Positions 54,094 to 64,000 of a stretch of 64,000 nucleotides of DNA are shown piece by piece. The stretch is from an uncultured Gemmatimonadales bacterium (GTDB taxonomy: Bacteria > Gemmatimonadota > Gemmatimonadetes > Gemmatimonadales > Gemmatimonadaceae): NCBI GenBank assembly GCA_963701965.1, contig OY969695.1, positions 384,001 through 448,000 on the forward strand, in the 5' to 3' direction. Position numbers and translations under genes: made by a program. The notes below the pieces were generated by a model. The model ran no database searches. It was not told the DNA's origin and saw only the letters and a program-made list of their open reading frames with translations. Within the stretch, counting starts at the first letter, position 1; each line of letters opens with the position of its first letter.

Positions 54094-54644
54094 TAGATGG
54101 CCTTGAACAACTCGAACGGCTGCTGGCAGCCGTTGCAGTACATGACGGCCTTGCACGCCGTCGAACCGAACTCGCTGCGCGTGGTGGTCGCGCGCGATCC
54201 GCAGTAGGGACATGCCACGCTCGGCGTCCGCCGCGCCAGCGGGACCAGCGGCTCATCGCGTACGGAGGGCGACGGCGGCGCGATCCCGTAGGCCGCGAGT
54301 TTCTGCTTGGCGGTGTCGCCCAGCCAGTCCGTCGTCCAGGCGGGCGAGTAGACCGTGCGGATGTGCGAATGCCATCCGGCCTGGGACAACGCTTCGACAA
54401 TGTCGTGCTCGATGGCCTGCATCGCCGGACAACCCGAGTACGTCGGGGTGACCGAGACCGTGACCGCGCCATCGCCGTCGACGGCGACATCCCGCACGAT
54501 ACCCAGCTCGACCACGCTCAGCACCGGCACCTCGGGGTCCGGGACCCGGTCCAGCACGGCCCAGATCTCCGCGACGCTACGCGTCGGGAGATCTCGAGTC
54601 GGTTGGACCGATCTCGGCTTCGCCGGGATCTTGTCCGTCACCAC
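54093..54644 (-). CDS. paaD: Phenylacetyl-CoA epoxidase subunit PaaD
   Basis: VPDPEVPVLSVVELGIVR, TPTYSGCPA, PAWTTDW, CPYCGS...FGSTACKA..C..C.QPFELFK. Confidence 0.93.
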   Translation of the reverse strand: MVTDKIPAKPRSVQPTRDLPTRSVAEIWAVLDRVPDPEVPVLSVVELGIVRDVAVDGDGAVTVSVTPTYSGCPAMQAIEHDIVEALSQAGWHSHIRTVYSPAWTTDWLGDTAKQKLAAYGIAPPSPSVRDEPLVPLARRTPSVACPYCGSRATTTRSEFGSTACKAVMYCNGCQQPFELFKAI

Positions 54645-55405
54645 TGCGCTCCCGGGTACGACCGCTGGAGAATCTGCATCTCCGACAGCAGGTGCCCCAG
54701 CGCCTCCGTGTGGCGTCCCACCCGTCCGCCACGCTGCATGTATCCCGTCTCCGGCACCGTCAGCGTCGCGCGCCGCAGCACATCATCGACCTGCGCGCGC
54801 CAGCGGCCTTCGAGCGGACGCAGATCCGGCGCGATCCCCGCGCGCACGAGCGTCTCATCCACATCGTCGACGAGAAACATCTCGCCGGTATACCGCCACA
54901 ATGCGTCGAGCGCATCCTGGGCCCGGCGGTGACTCTCGACCGTGCCGTCCCCCAGCTTGATCACCCACTCGCCCGCATGTCGGACGTGATAGCGCGTCTC
55001 TTTGAGCGCTTTCGCGGCGATGCCCGCGAGCGGCGGATTGGCACTCTGGGTCAGCGCCTCCAACTGATAGAAAGCGGCGGCGCTGAACAGGAATTGGCGG
55101 ACGATCGTGAACCCAAAATCTCCCTTCGGCAGCTCCACGAGCAGCACATTGCGATAGTCGATCGCCTCGCGCAGGTACGCCAGCGCGTCGGCATCGCGTC
55201 CGACTTCCTCGGTCTCCCCGGCCAGTCCCAGGAACAGGTTCGCTTGGCCGATCAGATCGAGCGCGACGTTGGCCAGGGCGATGTCCTCTTCGAGGATCGG
55301 CGCATGCCCGCACCACTCGGACACCCGGTGTCCGAGCACCAGCCGATCATCGCCGAGTCGCAGCAGATACTGGACGAGGGCGGCGCGCGTCGCATCGTCC
55401 ACCAT
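54638..55405 (-). CDS. paaC: Phenylacetyl-CoA epoxidase subunit PaaC
   Basis: LGDDRLVLGHRVSEWCGHAPILEEDIA, KETRYH, RHTEALGHLLSEMQ.LQR.YPGAQW. Confidence 0.94.
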   Translation of the reverse strand: MVDDATRAALVQYLLRLGDDRLVLGHRVSEWCGHAPILEEDIALANVALDLIGQANLFLGLAGETEEVGRDADALAYLREAIDYRNVLLVELPKGDFGFTIVRQFLFSAAAFYQLEALTQSANPPLAGIAAKALKETRYHVRHAGEWVIKLGDGTVESHRRAQDALDALWRYTGEMFLVDDVDETLVRAGIAPDLRPLEGRWRAQVDDVLRRATLTVPETGYMQRGGRVGRHTEALGHLLSEMQILQRSYPGAQW

Positions 55406-55716
55406 CAGACGCGCACGCCGCGCGGCGACGTGTAGAACTGCGGATGTCGATACGGCTTGTCGTTCCCGGGCTCGAAAAACGGGCCCATATCTTCGGGCGT
55501 CGATGCCGTGATGGCGGCCGTGGGGACGACCCAGATGCCCACGGCCTCCCCGCGGCGCGCGTAGACGTCGCGCGCGTTCTGGAGCGCGCTCTCGGCATCG
55601 ACCGCGTGCACGCTGCCGGCGTGCTCGAACGGCGCGCCGCCCGGCGGCTGCAGGAAGACTTCCCAGAGGGGCCACTGCCCGGCCATGGCCGTTCCCGCAG
55701 CCATTCCAGCGGCCAT
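55405..55716 (-). CDS. paaB: Phenylacetyl-CoA epoxidase subunit PaaB
   Basis: WPLWEVF, HAGSVHA.D...ALQNARDVYARR.E...IWVV, DKPYRHPQFY; start 55716 or 55686. Confidence 0.93.
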   Translation of the reverse strand: MAAGMAAGTAMAGQWPLWEVFLQPPGGAPFEHAGSVHAVDAESALQNARDVYARRGEAVGIWVVPTAAITASTPEDMGPFFEPGNDKPYRHPQFYTSPRGVRV

Positions 55717-55717
55717 C

Positions 55718-56668
55718 TCAGGCCGCCGGCGCGACGCCTTGGGCTGCGCGCTTGGCGGCATACGCCTCCGCCGCCTCGCGGACCCACGCGCCGTCGTGAT
55801 GCGCCGCATTGCGCGTCGCCAGCCGCTCGCGGTTGAGCGGACCGTCGCCGTGCACCACGCGCGAGAACTCGTCCCAGTCGATCGGTCCGAAGTTCCAGTT
55901 GCCCGTCTCCGCGTCATACGTGAGCGCGGGATCGGGCAGCGTGAGGTCGATCGCCTTGGCCTGCGCGACGGTCAGATTCACGAACCGTTGGCGCAACTCA
56001 TCGTTGCCCTTGCGCTTGACTCCCCAGCGCGTGAGCTCCGCCGAATTGGGCGAATCCTTGTCCGACGGGCCGAACATCATGAGCGACGGCCACCACCACC
56101 GGTCCACGGCATCCTGCGCCATCCGGCGCTGGCCCGGCGCGCCAGCCGCCAGCGTCGCCATGATCTCGTAGCCCTGGCGTTTGTGAAAATTCTCTTCCTT
56201 GCAGATCCGGATCATCGCCCGGGCATAGGGCCCGTAGGACGCCTTGGCCAGCATGGTCTGGTTCACGATGGCGGCGCCATCCACGAACCACCCAATCGCG
56301 CCAATATCCGCCCAGGTCAGCGTCGGATAGTTGAAGATGCTGGAATACTTCGCCTTGCCCGACAACAGTTGGTCGACCAACTCCTCACGACCGACACCCA
56401 ACGTCTCGGTGCCGCAATAGATGTAGAGCCCGTGCCCCGCCTCATCCTGCACTTTGGCGAGGAGACCCATCTTGCGGCGCAGGGTCGGAGCCCGCGTGAT
56501 CCAGTTGCCCTCGGGCAGCATGCCGACGATCTCGGAGTGCGCGTGCTGCGACATCATCCGGATGAGCTGCTTCCGGTAGCGCTCCGGCATCCAATCTTTG
56601 GGCTCTATCGTCTCGCCCGCGGCGATCCGCGCCTCGAATTGGCTCTCGGTCATGCCGTAATTTACCAC
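55718..56668 (-). CDS. paaA: Phenylacetyl-CoA epoxidase subunit PaaA (di-iron)
   Basis: [61 protein letters not shown]. Confidence 0.96.
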   Translation of the reverse strand: MVNYGMTESQFEARIAAGETIEPKDWMPERYRKQLIRMMSQHAHSEIVGMLPEGNWITRAPTLRRKMGLLAKVQDEAGHGLYIYCGTETLGVGREELVDQLLSGKAKYSSIFNYPTLTWADIGAIGWFVDGAAIVNQTMLAKASYGPYARAMIRICKEENFHKRQGYEIMATLAAGAPGQRRMAQDAVDRWWWPSLMMFGPSDKDSPNSAELTRWGVKRKGNDELRQRFVNLTVAQAKAIDLTLPDPALTYDAETGNWNFGPIDWDEFSRVVHGDGPLNRERLATRNAAHHDGAWVREAAEAYAAKRAAQGVAPAA

Positions 56669-56669
56669 G

Positions 56670-58709
56670 TCACTCCTTGCGCCGCACGAGGGTCAGGATC
56701 GTGTAAACGGCGACCGGCTCGCTGTTCTGGTTCGTGACTTCCACGTCCCAGGCCACGACGCCCTGGGGGACCTGCCCCTCCTTGTCCTCTTTCGCCGTCT
56801 TTTGCTTGCAGGTGAGACGGACCTGGATCGTGTCGCCAATGTAGACGGGCTTCACGAAACGCAAGTTGTCCAAACCGTAGTTCGCCAGCACGGGCCCGGG
56901 CGCGGGGTCGACGAAGAGACCGGCGGCGGCCGACAGCACGAAGTACCCGTGCGCCACGCGGCGCTCGAAGATCGAGTCCTTGGCGGCGATGTCATCCATG
57001 TGGGCATAGAAGAAATCGCCGCTGATGCCGGCAAAATTCACGACGTCGCTCTCCGTCACCGTCCGCCGGTGCGTGTGCAGCGTCTCCCCGATCTCCAGCT
57101 CCTCGAAATACTTTCGGAACGGATGCACCCGATCGCCGGTCTCCTCGGCTTTCGGCAACCACTCCCGCGTCACTTTCGACAACACGGTCGGCGAGCCCTG
57201 GAGCGCGGTCCGCTGCATGTAGTGCAGGACGCCGCGCACGCCGCCCATTTCTTCCCCGCCGCCGGCCCGCCCCGGGCCGCCGTGCACCAGGTGCGGCAGC
57301 GGCGAACCGTGTCCGGTCGACTCCTTCGCGCTCGTCCGGTCGACGATCATGAGACGGCCGTGATAGGGGGCCGTTCCCAGCGCGACCGTGCGCGCCGTGT
57401 CCACGTCGGCCGTGAACAATGACCCCACCAGCGATCCCCGCCCCCGGTTCGCCAGGGCCACGGCTTGGTCCAGCGAGTCGTACGGCATCACGGTGTTCAC
57501 CGGACCGAACGCTTCGACGTCGTGCGGCGCGGTCTTCTCGAATGGCCGATCGTCGTACAGCAACAACGTCGGAAAGAACGCGCCGGTCTTGGCGTCCGCT
57601 CCAATGACGTCCATCGCCTCGACACTGCCGTATACGAGCTCGGCGGCCTGCTTGAGCTTCTCGACGTTGTCCGACACTTCGCGCACTTGCGTCATGCCGG
57701 CCAACGGGCCCATGCGGACGCCGTCCCGGCTCGGATCACCGATGGTCACACCCGCCAGACGCTTTTTGAGCGCGGTGACCACGTCGTCGACCATGGCCGC
57801 GGGCACGATCGAGCGACGGATGGCGGTGCACTTCTGGCCCGCCTTGACGGTCATCTCGCGCACGACCTCTTTGACGAAGAGGTCGAACTCCTCGGTCCCG
57901 GGCCGGGCATCCGGACCCAGCATCGAGAAATTGAGGGAGTCGGCCTCCTGGTTGAATCGCACGGAGTGCTCGACCATCGCCTTGCCCGTCTTGAGCATCT
58001 GCCCCGTGCTCGCCGCGCCCGTGAACGCCACCGCATCCTGACAGGTCACGTGATCCAGGAGATCGCCCGCGCTGCCACACAGAAGCTGGAACGCGCCCGG
58101 GGGGAGAATGTTGGACTCGACCATCGCGCGGGCAACGGCCTCGGTGAGATACGAGGTCACCGTGGCGGGCTTCGCGATCACCGGCACCCCCGCCAGGATC
58201 GCCGTCGACATCTTCTCCAGCATGCCCCACACCGGGAAATTGAACGCGTTGATCAGGATCGCCGCGCCTTCCAACGGCACGCAGATGTGCCGCCCGACGA
58301 ACGAGCCGCCCTTCGAGATCGTCTCGGCCGGCCCGTCGACATAGAAGCGCTCGTCGGGAAACTCCCGGCGCCCGCGGCTGGCGTAAGCGAACAGCGTGCC
58401 GAATCCGCCGTCGATATCGATCCAGCTGTCGGTCTTGGTCGCGCCCGTCCGCTTCGAGATCGCGTAGAACTCGTCTTTGCGCGCCGTGAGATACTGGGCC
58501 AATGCCTTGAGCATCCGCGCGCGCTCATGAAAGGTCATGGCCCGGAGGCGCGGACCGCCGACCGTGCGCGCATACTCGAGCACGCCCTTGAAGTCGAGCC
58601 CACTGGTGCTGGCCTCGGCGAACTGCTCGCCCGTGACCGCATCGAAGAGCGCCGTCGCCTTGCCCTGACATTCGACCCATTCGCCGTGCACGTAGTTCTT
58701 GAGCCGCAT
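56670..58709 (-). CDS. paaZ: Bifunctional oxepin-CoA hydrolase / aldehyde dehydrogenase PaaZ
   Basis: ALDH domain ([44 protein letters not shown]) plus MaoC domain ([15 protein letters not shown]). Confidence 0.96.
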   Translation of the reverse strand: MRLKNYVHGEWVECQGKATALFDAVTGEQFAEASTSGLDFKGVLEYARTVGGPRLRAMTFHERARMLKALAQYLTARKDEFYAISKRTGATKTDSWIDIDGGFGTLFAYASRGRREFPDERFYVDGPAETISKGGSFVGRHICVPLEGAAILINAFNFPVWGMLEKMSTAILAGVPVIAKPATVTSYLTEAVARAMVESNILPPGAFQLLCGSAGDLLDHVTCQDAVAFTGAASTGQMLKTGKAMVEHSVRFNQEADSLNFSMLGPDARPGTEEFDLFVKEVVREMTVKAGQKCTAIRRSIVPAAMVDDVVTALKKRLAGVTIGDPSRDGVRMGPLAGMTQVREVSDNVEKLKQAAELVYGSVEAMDVIGADAKTGAFFPTLLLYDDRPFEKTAPHDVEAFGPVNTVMPYDSLDQAVALANRGRGSLVGSLFTADVDTARTVALGTAPYHGRLMIVDRTSAKESTGHGSPLPHLVHGGPGRAGGGEEMGGVRGVLHYMQRTALQGSPTVLSKVTREWLPKAEETGDRVHPFRKYFEELEIGETLHTHRRTVTESDVVNFAGISGDFFYAHMDDIAAKDSIFERRVAHGYFVLSAAAGLFVDPAPGPVLANYGLDNLRFVKPVYIGDTIQVRLTCKQKTAKEDKEGQVPQGVVAWDVEVTNQNSEPVAVYTILTLVRRKE

Positions 58710-59311
58710 TACGAACCCCTCTGTTCGTGCCACGTCTGATAGACGGCGGCTTGGTCGCGCCGGTCCGCCGGGATTTCGCGCAGTGGTTCGCAGGGCTCGA
58801 GCGTCGCGTGCAACCGCGCCGGCAACTGTTGATAGAGGCGGGTGCCCTGTGTCTTCCAGTTCAACATCTCGTCACTTACGTCCTTCACGACCCGTCCGGG
58901 ATTGCCGACGATGACCTTGCGCTCCTCGACGACGGTATCGGCCGGGACAAATGTCAGGGCGCCGACAATGCAGCCTGCGCCAACGCGGGCGCGGTCCATC
59001 ACGACCGCATTCATGCCGACCAGGACGTTGCGGCCGATGTGGGCGCCGTGGATCACCGCGCCGTGTCCGATATGCGCTCCGGCCTCCAAGACGACCGTGA
59101 CACCGGGGAACGAGTGAATGACACACGTCTCCTGGACGTTGCACCCGTCCTCGATGACGATGCCGCCCCAGTCGCCGCGGATCGCCGCGCTGGGGCCCAC
59201 GTACACGTCGCGGCCAATGATCACGTTGCCGACGATCGTGGCATTGGGGTGCACGAACGCCGACTCGTGCACGACCGGCCGGTACCCGTCAAACGCAAAG
59301 CAATTCGCCAC
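58709..59311 (-). CDS. paaY: PaaY-like hexapeptide-repeat (gamma-carbonic anhydrase family) protein
   Basis: PVVHESAFVHP, IRGDWG, NVQETCVIH, HIGHGAVIHG, WKTQGT.LY; inside the paa cluster. Confidence 0.88.
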   Translation of the reverse strand: MANCFAFDGYRPVVHESAFVHPNATIVGNVIIGRDVYVGPSAAIRGDWGGIVIEDGCNVQETCVIHSFPGVTVVLEAGAHIGHGAVIHGAHIGRNVLVGMNAVVMDRARVGAGCIVGALTFVPADTVVEERKVIVGNPGRVVKDVSDEMLNWKTQGTRLYQQLPARLHATLEPCEPLREIPADRRDQAAVYQTWHEQRGS

Positions 59312-60516
59312 TAGACGCGCTCGATGATCGTCGCCATGCCCTGTCCCACGCCCACGCACATCGACGCCAACGCATAGCGCGCTTGCGTGGCTTCCAGCTC
59401 GCGCGCTGCCGTCAGGATGAGGCGCGTCCCCGACATGCCCAAGGGGTGCCCGATGGCGATCGCGCCGCCGTTGGGATTGATCCGCGGGTCTTCGGGCGCC
59501 AGGCCCAACTCGCGCGCGCAGGCGATGACCTGGGCGGCGAACGCTTCGTTGAACTCGATGACGTGCATGTCATCGAGTGACAACTTGGCGCGGGCGAGCG
59601 CCTTTTGACTGGACGGCACCGGCCCCATGCCCATGATGCGCGGCTCGACGCCGGCGGCGGCGCTGGACACGACTCTGGCGAGGGGTTTGAGATGAAATTC
59701 GCGGACCGCGGCTTCCGAGGCGATCAAGACCGCGGCGGCGCCGTCGTTGATGCCGGAGGCGTTGCCCGCCGTCACCGAGCCGCCCTGACGGAAGGCCGGC
59801 TTGAGCTTCGCCAGCTTGTCGAGGGATGTGTCCGGACGCAGGAACTCGTCCTGATCGAACTGCCTCGATTCGCCGCGCTTGTCGCCGGGGACATCGACCG
59901 GGGTGATCTCGCCCGTGAAGCGCCCGCGCGCGCGGGCCGCGGCGGCTTTGCTCTGGGACTGGCAGGCAAAACGATCCTGGTCCTCGCGGCTCACCTTGAA
60001 CTGCTCGGCGACGTTCTCGGCGGTCTCGCCCATGGCGTCGATCCCGTACTGCTGCTGCATCGTCGGGTTCACGAAGCGCCAGCCCAGACTCGTGTCGAAA
60101 AGCTGCGCGTCGCGCGCAAAAGCCTTTGCGCTCTTCGAGAGTACGTAGGGGGCGCGCGTCATGCTTTCGACGCCACCGGCGATATAGAGATCGCCGTCGC
60201 CCAATTTGATGGCGCGGCTGGCGATCGCCACTGCGCTCATGCCGGAAGCACAGAGGCGATTGACCGTCTCGCCAGGCACTGACACCGGGAGGCCGGCGAG
60301 GAGCGCCGCCATCCGGGCGACGTTCCGATTGTCCTCGCCGGCCTGGTTGGCGCACCCGATGACGACATCGGCGATGCGCTCGGGATCGACCCGCTGGCGT
60401 TCCATGAGCCGACGAATGACGAGGGCCGCCATGTCGTCGGGTCTCACTTCGCTCAGACTGCCCCCAAACGACCCGATCGGGGTTCGTACGCCATCTATGA
60501 TAAAGGCTTCAGCCAT
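59311..60516 (-). CDS. paaJ: 3-oxoadipyl-CoA / 3-oxo-5,6-dehydrosuberyl-CoA thiolase
   Basis: GCANQAGEDNRNVARM, NRLCASG, TAGNASGINDGA, NEAFA, GHPLGMSG, MCVGVGQG. Confidence 0.92.
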   Translation of the reverse strand: MAEAFIIDGVRTPIGSFGGSLSEVRPDDMAALVIRRLMERQRVDPERIADVVIGCANQAGEDNRNVARMAALLAGLPVSVPGETVNRLCASGMSAVAIASRAIKLGDGDLYIAGGVESMTRAPYVLSKSAKAFARDAQLFDTSLGWRFVNPTMQQQYGIDAMGETAENVAEQFKVSREDQDRFACQSQSKAAAARARGRFTGEITPVDVPGDKRGESRQFDQDEFLRPDTSLDKLAKLKPAFRQGGSVTAGNASGINDGAAAVLIASEAAVREFHLKPLARVVSSAAAGVEPRIMGMGPVPSSQKALARAKLSLDDMHVIEFNEAFAAQVIACARELGLAPEDPRINPNGGAIAIGHPLGMSGTRLILTAARELEATQARYALASMCVGVGQGMATIIERV

Positions 60517-60562
60517 GATCTCGACTCGTTCGATAAACGGTTCCCCGAAAGATGGCGGCCTG

Positions 60563-61732
60563 TCACGAAAAGCGCCGACCCTCGCGCGCCATGCGGGCCA
60601 GGAGCACACTCGGTCGATACCGCTCCTCGTTGTACTCTCGCTGCAAGGCGGCAAGTCGGCTATGCACATGGTCGAGGCCCAGCTCGTCACCCCAGGCGAG
60701 CAATCCCTTGGGGTAGTTGACCCCTTTGGTGATGGCCAGGTCGATGTCGGCCGGCGACGCCACGCGCCAATGCACGGCGTCCACGGCCTCGTTGATCAAC
60801 ATGACGAGAATCCGCTCGACGATCGCCAGGCCCAGGGTCTTGTCGGCCATGGGCGGGGGCTTGGTGGCCCCTTCACGGTAGTCATAGAATCCCCGTCCGG
60901 TCTTGCGTCCGAGCATCCCCGCCTCGACAAGCCGCTGTTGCGTCAGCGACGGGCGATACCGGGGATCGTAGAACATGCCAGCGAACACCGCGCTGGTGAC
61001 CGCGAAGTTGACGTCCAGCCCAATGAAATCCATCAACTCGAAGGGCCCCATGCGGAACCCGCCCAGCTCGCGCATGGCCCAGTCGATTGTCGGCGCCTCG
61101 GCGATGCCCTCGTCGTGAATGCGCAGGGCTTCGCCATAGAACGGCCGCGCCACGCGATTGACAATGAACCCGGGCGTGTCGCTGGCCACGACCGTCGTCT
61201 TGTTCCAGCTGTCGATCAGCGCGCGCGTGGGCGCAGTGACCGAGTCGGCCGTGCCGCGCCACGGGATGATCTCCACCAGCGGCATGACCGGCGCGGGATT
61301 GAAGAAGTGCACGCCAAGCACACGCTCGGCGCGCCGGCACGCCGCGGCGATACCGGCGACGGGCAACGACGATGTGTTCGTCGCCAGCACGCAGTCATCG
61401 GCGACGACGCGCTCGATACGGGCGAACGCGTCGCGCTTGGCGTCGAGCCGCTCGACGATCGCTTCGATGACGAGGACGCAGTCGCGGAATGAGGCCAGGT
61501 CCTCGGTCGCGCGCTCGAAGCGGATCCGCGCCACGATCTCGGCCGCCGTGCCCGCATGCTGCCGGCCGCGGTCGACTTCGCGTTGCAACTGCGCGGCGAT
61601 GGCGGTCCGGGCGCGCGCCAACGCGCTATCGTCGGCATCGACTATCACCACGGCGTGGCCGCTGGTCGATGCCACTTGGGCAATACCGCTGCCCATGGCC
61701 CCGGCACCGAGGACGCCGACGGGCCCGGTCAT
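60563..61732 (-). CDS. paaH: 3-hydroxyacyl(adipyl)-CoA dehydrogenase
   Basis: GAGAMGSGIA, EAIVE, ATNTSSL, HFFNPAP, PGFIVNR, MGPFELMD; extra C-terminal domain. Confidence 0.88.
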   Translation of the reverse strand: MTGPVGVLGAGAMGSGIAQVASTSGHAVVIVDADDSALARARTAIAAQLQREVDRGRQHAGTAAEIVARIRFERATEDLASFRDCVLVIEAIVERLDAKRDAFARIERVVADDCVLATNTSSLPVAGIAAACRRAERVLGVHFFNPAPVMPLVEIIPWRGTADSVTAPTRALIDSWNKTTVVASDTPGFIVNRVARPFYGEALRIHDEGIAEAPTIDWAMRELGGFRMGPFELMDFIGLDVNFAVTSAVFAGMFYDPRYRPSLTQQRLVEAGMLGRKTGRGFYDYREGATKPPPMADKTLGLAIVERILVMLINEAVDAVHWRVASPADIDLAITKGVNYPKGLLAWGDELGLDHVHSRLAALQREYNEERYRPSVLLARMAREGRRFS

Positions 61733-62517
61733 CGCCCCGCGAACCGTGGCGCGCGCTTCTCCTGGAACGCCCGGACCCCTTCCATATAGTCGGCAGTCCG
61801 TCCGGCGGTCGACTGCAGCTGCGCCTCCAGCGCCAGCTGCGCCTCCAGATCGTTGGTCAGCGAAGCGTTCAGCGCCCGCTTGATGAGACCCAGCCCCCGC
61901 GTGGGTTGCGTGGCCAGCTCCCGGGCCAGGCCGCCGGCCACTTCCATGAGCGTGGCGCCGGGTACCACATCGTGGATCATGCCCCATTCCTTTGCCTGGG
62001 CCGCCGGCACCTTGCCGCCGAGCATCGCCAGGCTCGTGGCCCGCGCCAGGCCGACGAGACGCGGCAGGAAAAACGTGCCCGCGGTGTCGGGAATGAGCCC
62101 GATCTTGACGAACGCCTGGATGAACGACGCCTGTTCCGCGGCGATCACGATATCGCACGCCAGCGCGAGATTGGCGCCGGCGCCGGCCGCGACGCCGTTG
62201 ACGGCGGCGACAACAGGCTTTTCCAGACGCCGGATGGCGAGAATGAGCGCGTTGTAGCCTCGGACGACATCGCCGATCTCTGGCCCCGTCGAGCCGTCAG
62301 GGGGGACGACTTCGGCGAGATCCTGGCCCGCGCAGAACGCGCGCCCCGCGCCGGTGAGCAACACGGCGCGCACGCCGTCGTCGGTGGCGGCGGCCTCGAA
62401 CGCGCTGCGCAGCTCCGTCACCATCAGGCGGTTGCAGCTATTGAGCACTTCCGGGCGATGCAGCGTGATCGCCAGCACCCCCGCGTTCGTTTCGCGGAGG
62501 ACGTGCTGAAACTCCAT
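61729..62517 (-). CDS. paaG: 1,2-epoxyphenylacetyl-CoA isomerase (crotonase family)
   Basis: GRAFCAGQDL, VNGVAAGAGANLALACD, FIQAFVKIGLIPD.AGT..LPRLVG, EGVRAF.EKR.P.F; first gene of the paa cluster. Confidence 0.9.
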   Translation of the reverse strand: MEFQHVLRETNAGVLAITLHRPEVLNSCNRLMVTELRSAFEAAATDDGVRAVLLTGAGRAFCAGQDLAEVVPPDGSTGPEIGDVVRGYNALILAIRRLEKPVVAAVNGVAAGAGANLALACDIVIAAEQASFIQAFVKIGLIPDTAGTFFLPRLVGLARATSLAMLGGKVPAAQAKEWGMIHDVVPGATLMEVAGGLARELATQPTRGLGLIKRALNASLTNDLEAQLALEAQLQSTAGRTADYMEGVRAFQEKRAPRFAGR

Positions 62518-62523
62518 GAGACA

Positions 62524-62567
62524 CCTCGGGTCGCGTGCCGAAGAATAGCGGGGCACGCGACCCGAGG
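62524..62567. promoter_or_regulatory. Perfect 16-bp inverted repeat immediately upstream of paaG
   Basis: CCTCGGGTCGCGTGCC (62524-62539) / GGCACGCGACCCGAGG (62552-62567) with a 12-nt loop; overlaps the paaG GAGG RBS. Function not established. Confidence 0.6.
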
Positions 62568-62587
62568 ACCACTTCCAGAACGACTGG

Positions 62588-63871
62588 CTAGTGCTTCGAC
62601 AGCAGTTGGACGAGCTGCTGGTGGTTCACGACGGCGAGTTTCTGGCCACTGGCGGCCGACACGACGCCGCTGGGGTTCGTGAAGATGTCCGCACCGAACT
62701 CCGATAGGCCGGGTGCGCCCGCGAATCCCAACGGGTGCTGGCCGAACTTGCTCAGACGGAAGATGTCGAACACGCTCTTGAGCAACGAGTAGTGATTATA
62801 GGCATTCTCGCTGATCGTGCCGGGCTTGATGAAACGGGAGATCATGACGGCACCGACATCGCCACCACCAGGACCGTCGCCACCAGGCAGCGCTTCGTTC
62901 GGGCCGGGTTGCTCGCCGCAGCAGGCGATGGAACCGTTGACCCCTTCCGCTTCGTCAGTCGTAATGATCAGGAGACCGTCTTTCTTGTAGGCCGGCGAGT
63001 TCAGGATGAGCGGAATCCATTCTTTCAGCCAGAGATTCGCCGAGACGAGGCCGCCGGGCTCGCCGGTGATGCAGGGCGCATCGTGTCCGTCGTGACAGAC
63101 GTTCGGCGTGATAAAGGTGTAGGCCGCGGTCGTGTTGATCGACTTCAGATCCTGCTGGAGCGGGGCCAAGGATACCACGCTGTCACACAGGGGCGTGTCG
63201 ATGACCGAGTGGAACCACACGAACGGATTGTGGCGGGCGGCGTAGAGATCCTCCGGCTCCTCGTTGTCCGTGATGTCGACCGCGCCGACCGGCACATGCC
63301 CGCAGACCGACGCCTCGCGCGTCGGATCGTTCCCCATATCCTCCATGTACGCCTTGAACGACAGGTGCGCCGCGGCGAGCTGGTTGAAGATTGTCCACAC
63401 GCCCTTGGGGTACACGCAACCTTCGCCGGCGATCTGTCCGGTGGTGGTATTCCAGCCGCCGTTGGGCCCCTTCGGGACGAAGTCGGAGTTGATCCCGCAA
63501 TCGGCGGAGGTCGAGCTGTCCGGCGCTTGGCCGCTCGCCAACGCCGTGTAGTTGTCGAGGCTCGAGTGCCCAATGGCGTAGTACTGGCTGAGGAACGCGC
63601 CCTGGGGAATCAGCGTGTCGACGAGAAACGTCGCCGGAGTGCCGGGACCAAACGTCGCCAGGACGTCCTCGTTCTCCAACAGAACGATGAAGACGTGGCC
63701 GAAGTTCGGAAGGGCGGCCGCGGCGGACGGGGCCGCGGCGGCGGCGAGGCGCGCATCGGTCGCGGCGCTGGTCGGCGACTTGCTGTCGCTGCACGCCGCC
63801 ATCGCGGCAACCGTGACCGCGCAGGCGGCCGCGGTTCGGGTCCATCTGACAAGACGATAATCCGATCCCAT
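62588..63871 (-). CDS. Phosphoesterase-family (acid phosphatase / phospholipase C) lipoprotein
   Basis: Lipobox AMAA-C; HVFIVLLENE, HSSLDNY, YAARHNPF, ITPNVCHDGHD, ITTDE, YNHYSLL; AGGAG RBS. Confidence 0.87.
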   Translation of the reverse strand: MGSDYRLVRWTRTAAACAVTVAAMAACSDSKSPTSAATDARLAAAAAPSAAAALPNFGHVFIVLLENEDVLATFGPGTPATFLVDTLIPQGAFLSQYYAIGHSSLDNYTALASGQAPDSSTSADCGINSDFVPKGPNGGWNTTTGQIAGEGCVYPKGVWTIFNQLAAAHLSFKAYMEDMGNDPTREASVCGHVPVGAVDITDNEEPEDLYAARHNPFVWFHSVIDTPLCDSVVSLAPLQQDLKSINTTAAYTFITPNVCHDGHDAPCITGEPGGLVSANLWLKEWIPLILNSPAYKKDGLLIITTDEAEGVNGSIACCGEQPGPNEALPGGDGPGGGDVGAVMISRFIKPGTISENAYNHYSLLKSVFDIFRLSKFGQHPLGFAGAPGLSEFGADIFTNPSGVVSAASGQKLAVVNHQQLVQLLSKH

Positions 63872-64000
63872 CGCATGACTCCTGAAGTACGGGTAGGGTG
63901 CGAAGCGCGCGGTCTGCGCGCCGCCGATGGATGCCCTACGCGCGCACCACGCTCATGACGTGGAGGCATGCGTTGCGTCTCGACTATTTCACGATCACAT

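Overview
High-GC bacterial chromosomal window. The gene set and synteny suggest Gemmatimonadota (inference, not searched). Core content: gatC-gatA, a UvrD/PcrA helicase carrying a 357-aa intein, an orphan sensor kinase, serS, a roadblock/receiver/ManC/GlmU-like/MBL operon, groES-groEL with a perfect CIRCE, a tightly coupled minus-strand run (site-2 protease, scpA, scpB, rluB, moxR, DUF58, batA/B/D, mutL, miaA, bshA, then uppP, birA, coaX), rpsT and pyrR-pyrB-pyrC. An accessory stretch at about 34.3-48.6 kb encodes an XRE regulator, a TlpA-like redoxin, GT9, two exported beta-propeller proteins, a CPBP protease, a YfcC-type transporter, an S9 peptidase and a PLP decarboxylase. A phenylacetyl-CoA catabolic cluster (paaG-H-J-Y-Z-A-B-C-D) is followed directly by a fused 2-oxoacid dehydrogenase E1, a crotonase, an aminotransferase, an arginase-family gene and fluC. 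No rRNA, tRNA, CRISPR array or transposase was recognised. Best leads: (1) the intein insert looks like a GIY-YIG nuclease rather than LAGLIDADG/HNH; (2) the paa cluster has no paaK or paaE but carries aminotransferase + E1, suggesting a ligase-independent route from Phe to phenylacetyl-CoA; (3) a 3 x ~65-bp double-hairpin array in the groEL 3' UTR; (4) a MiaA lacking its central insertion domain; (5) a recurrent TTGACW-N17/18-TAGCTT promoter and apparently leaderless genes. Five genes have single-base +1 homopolymer insertions that look like sequencing or assembly errors.
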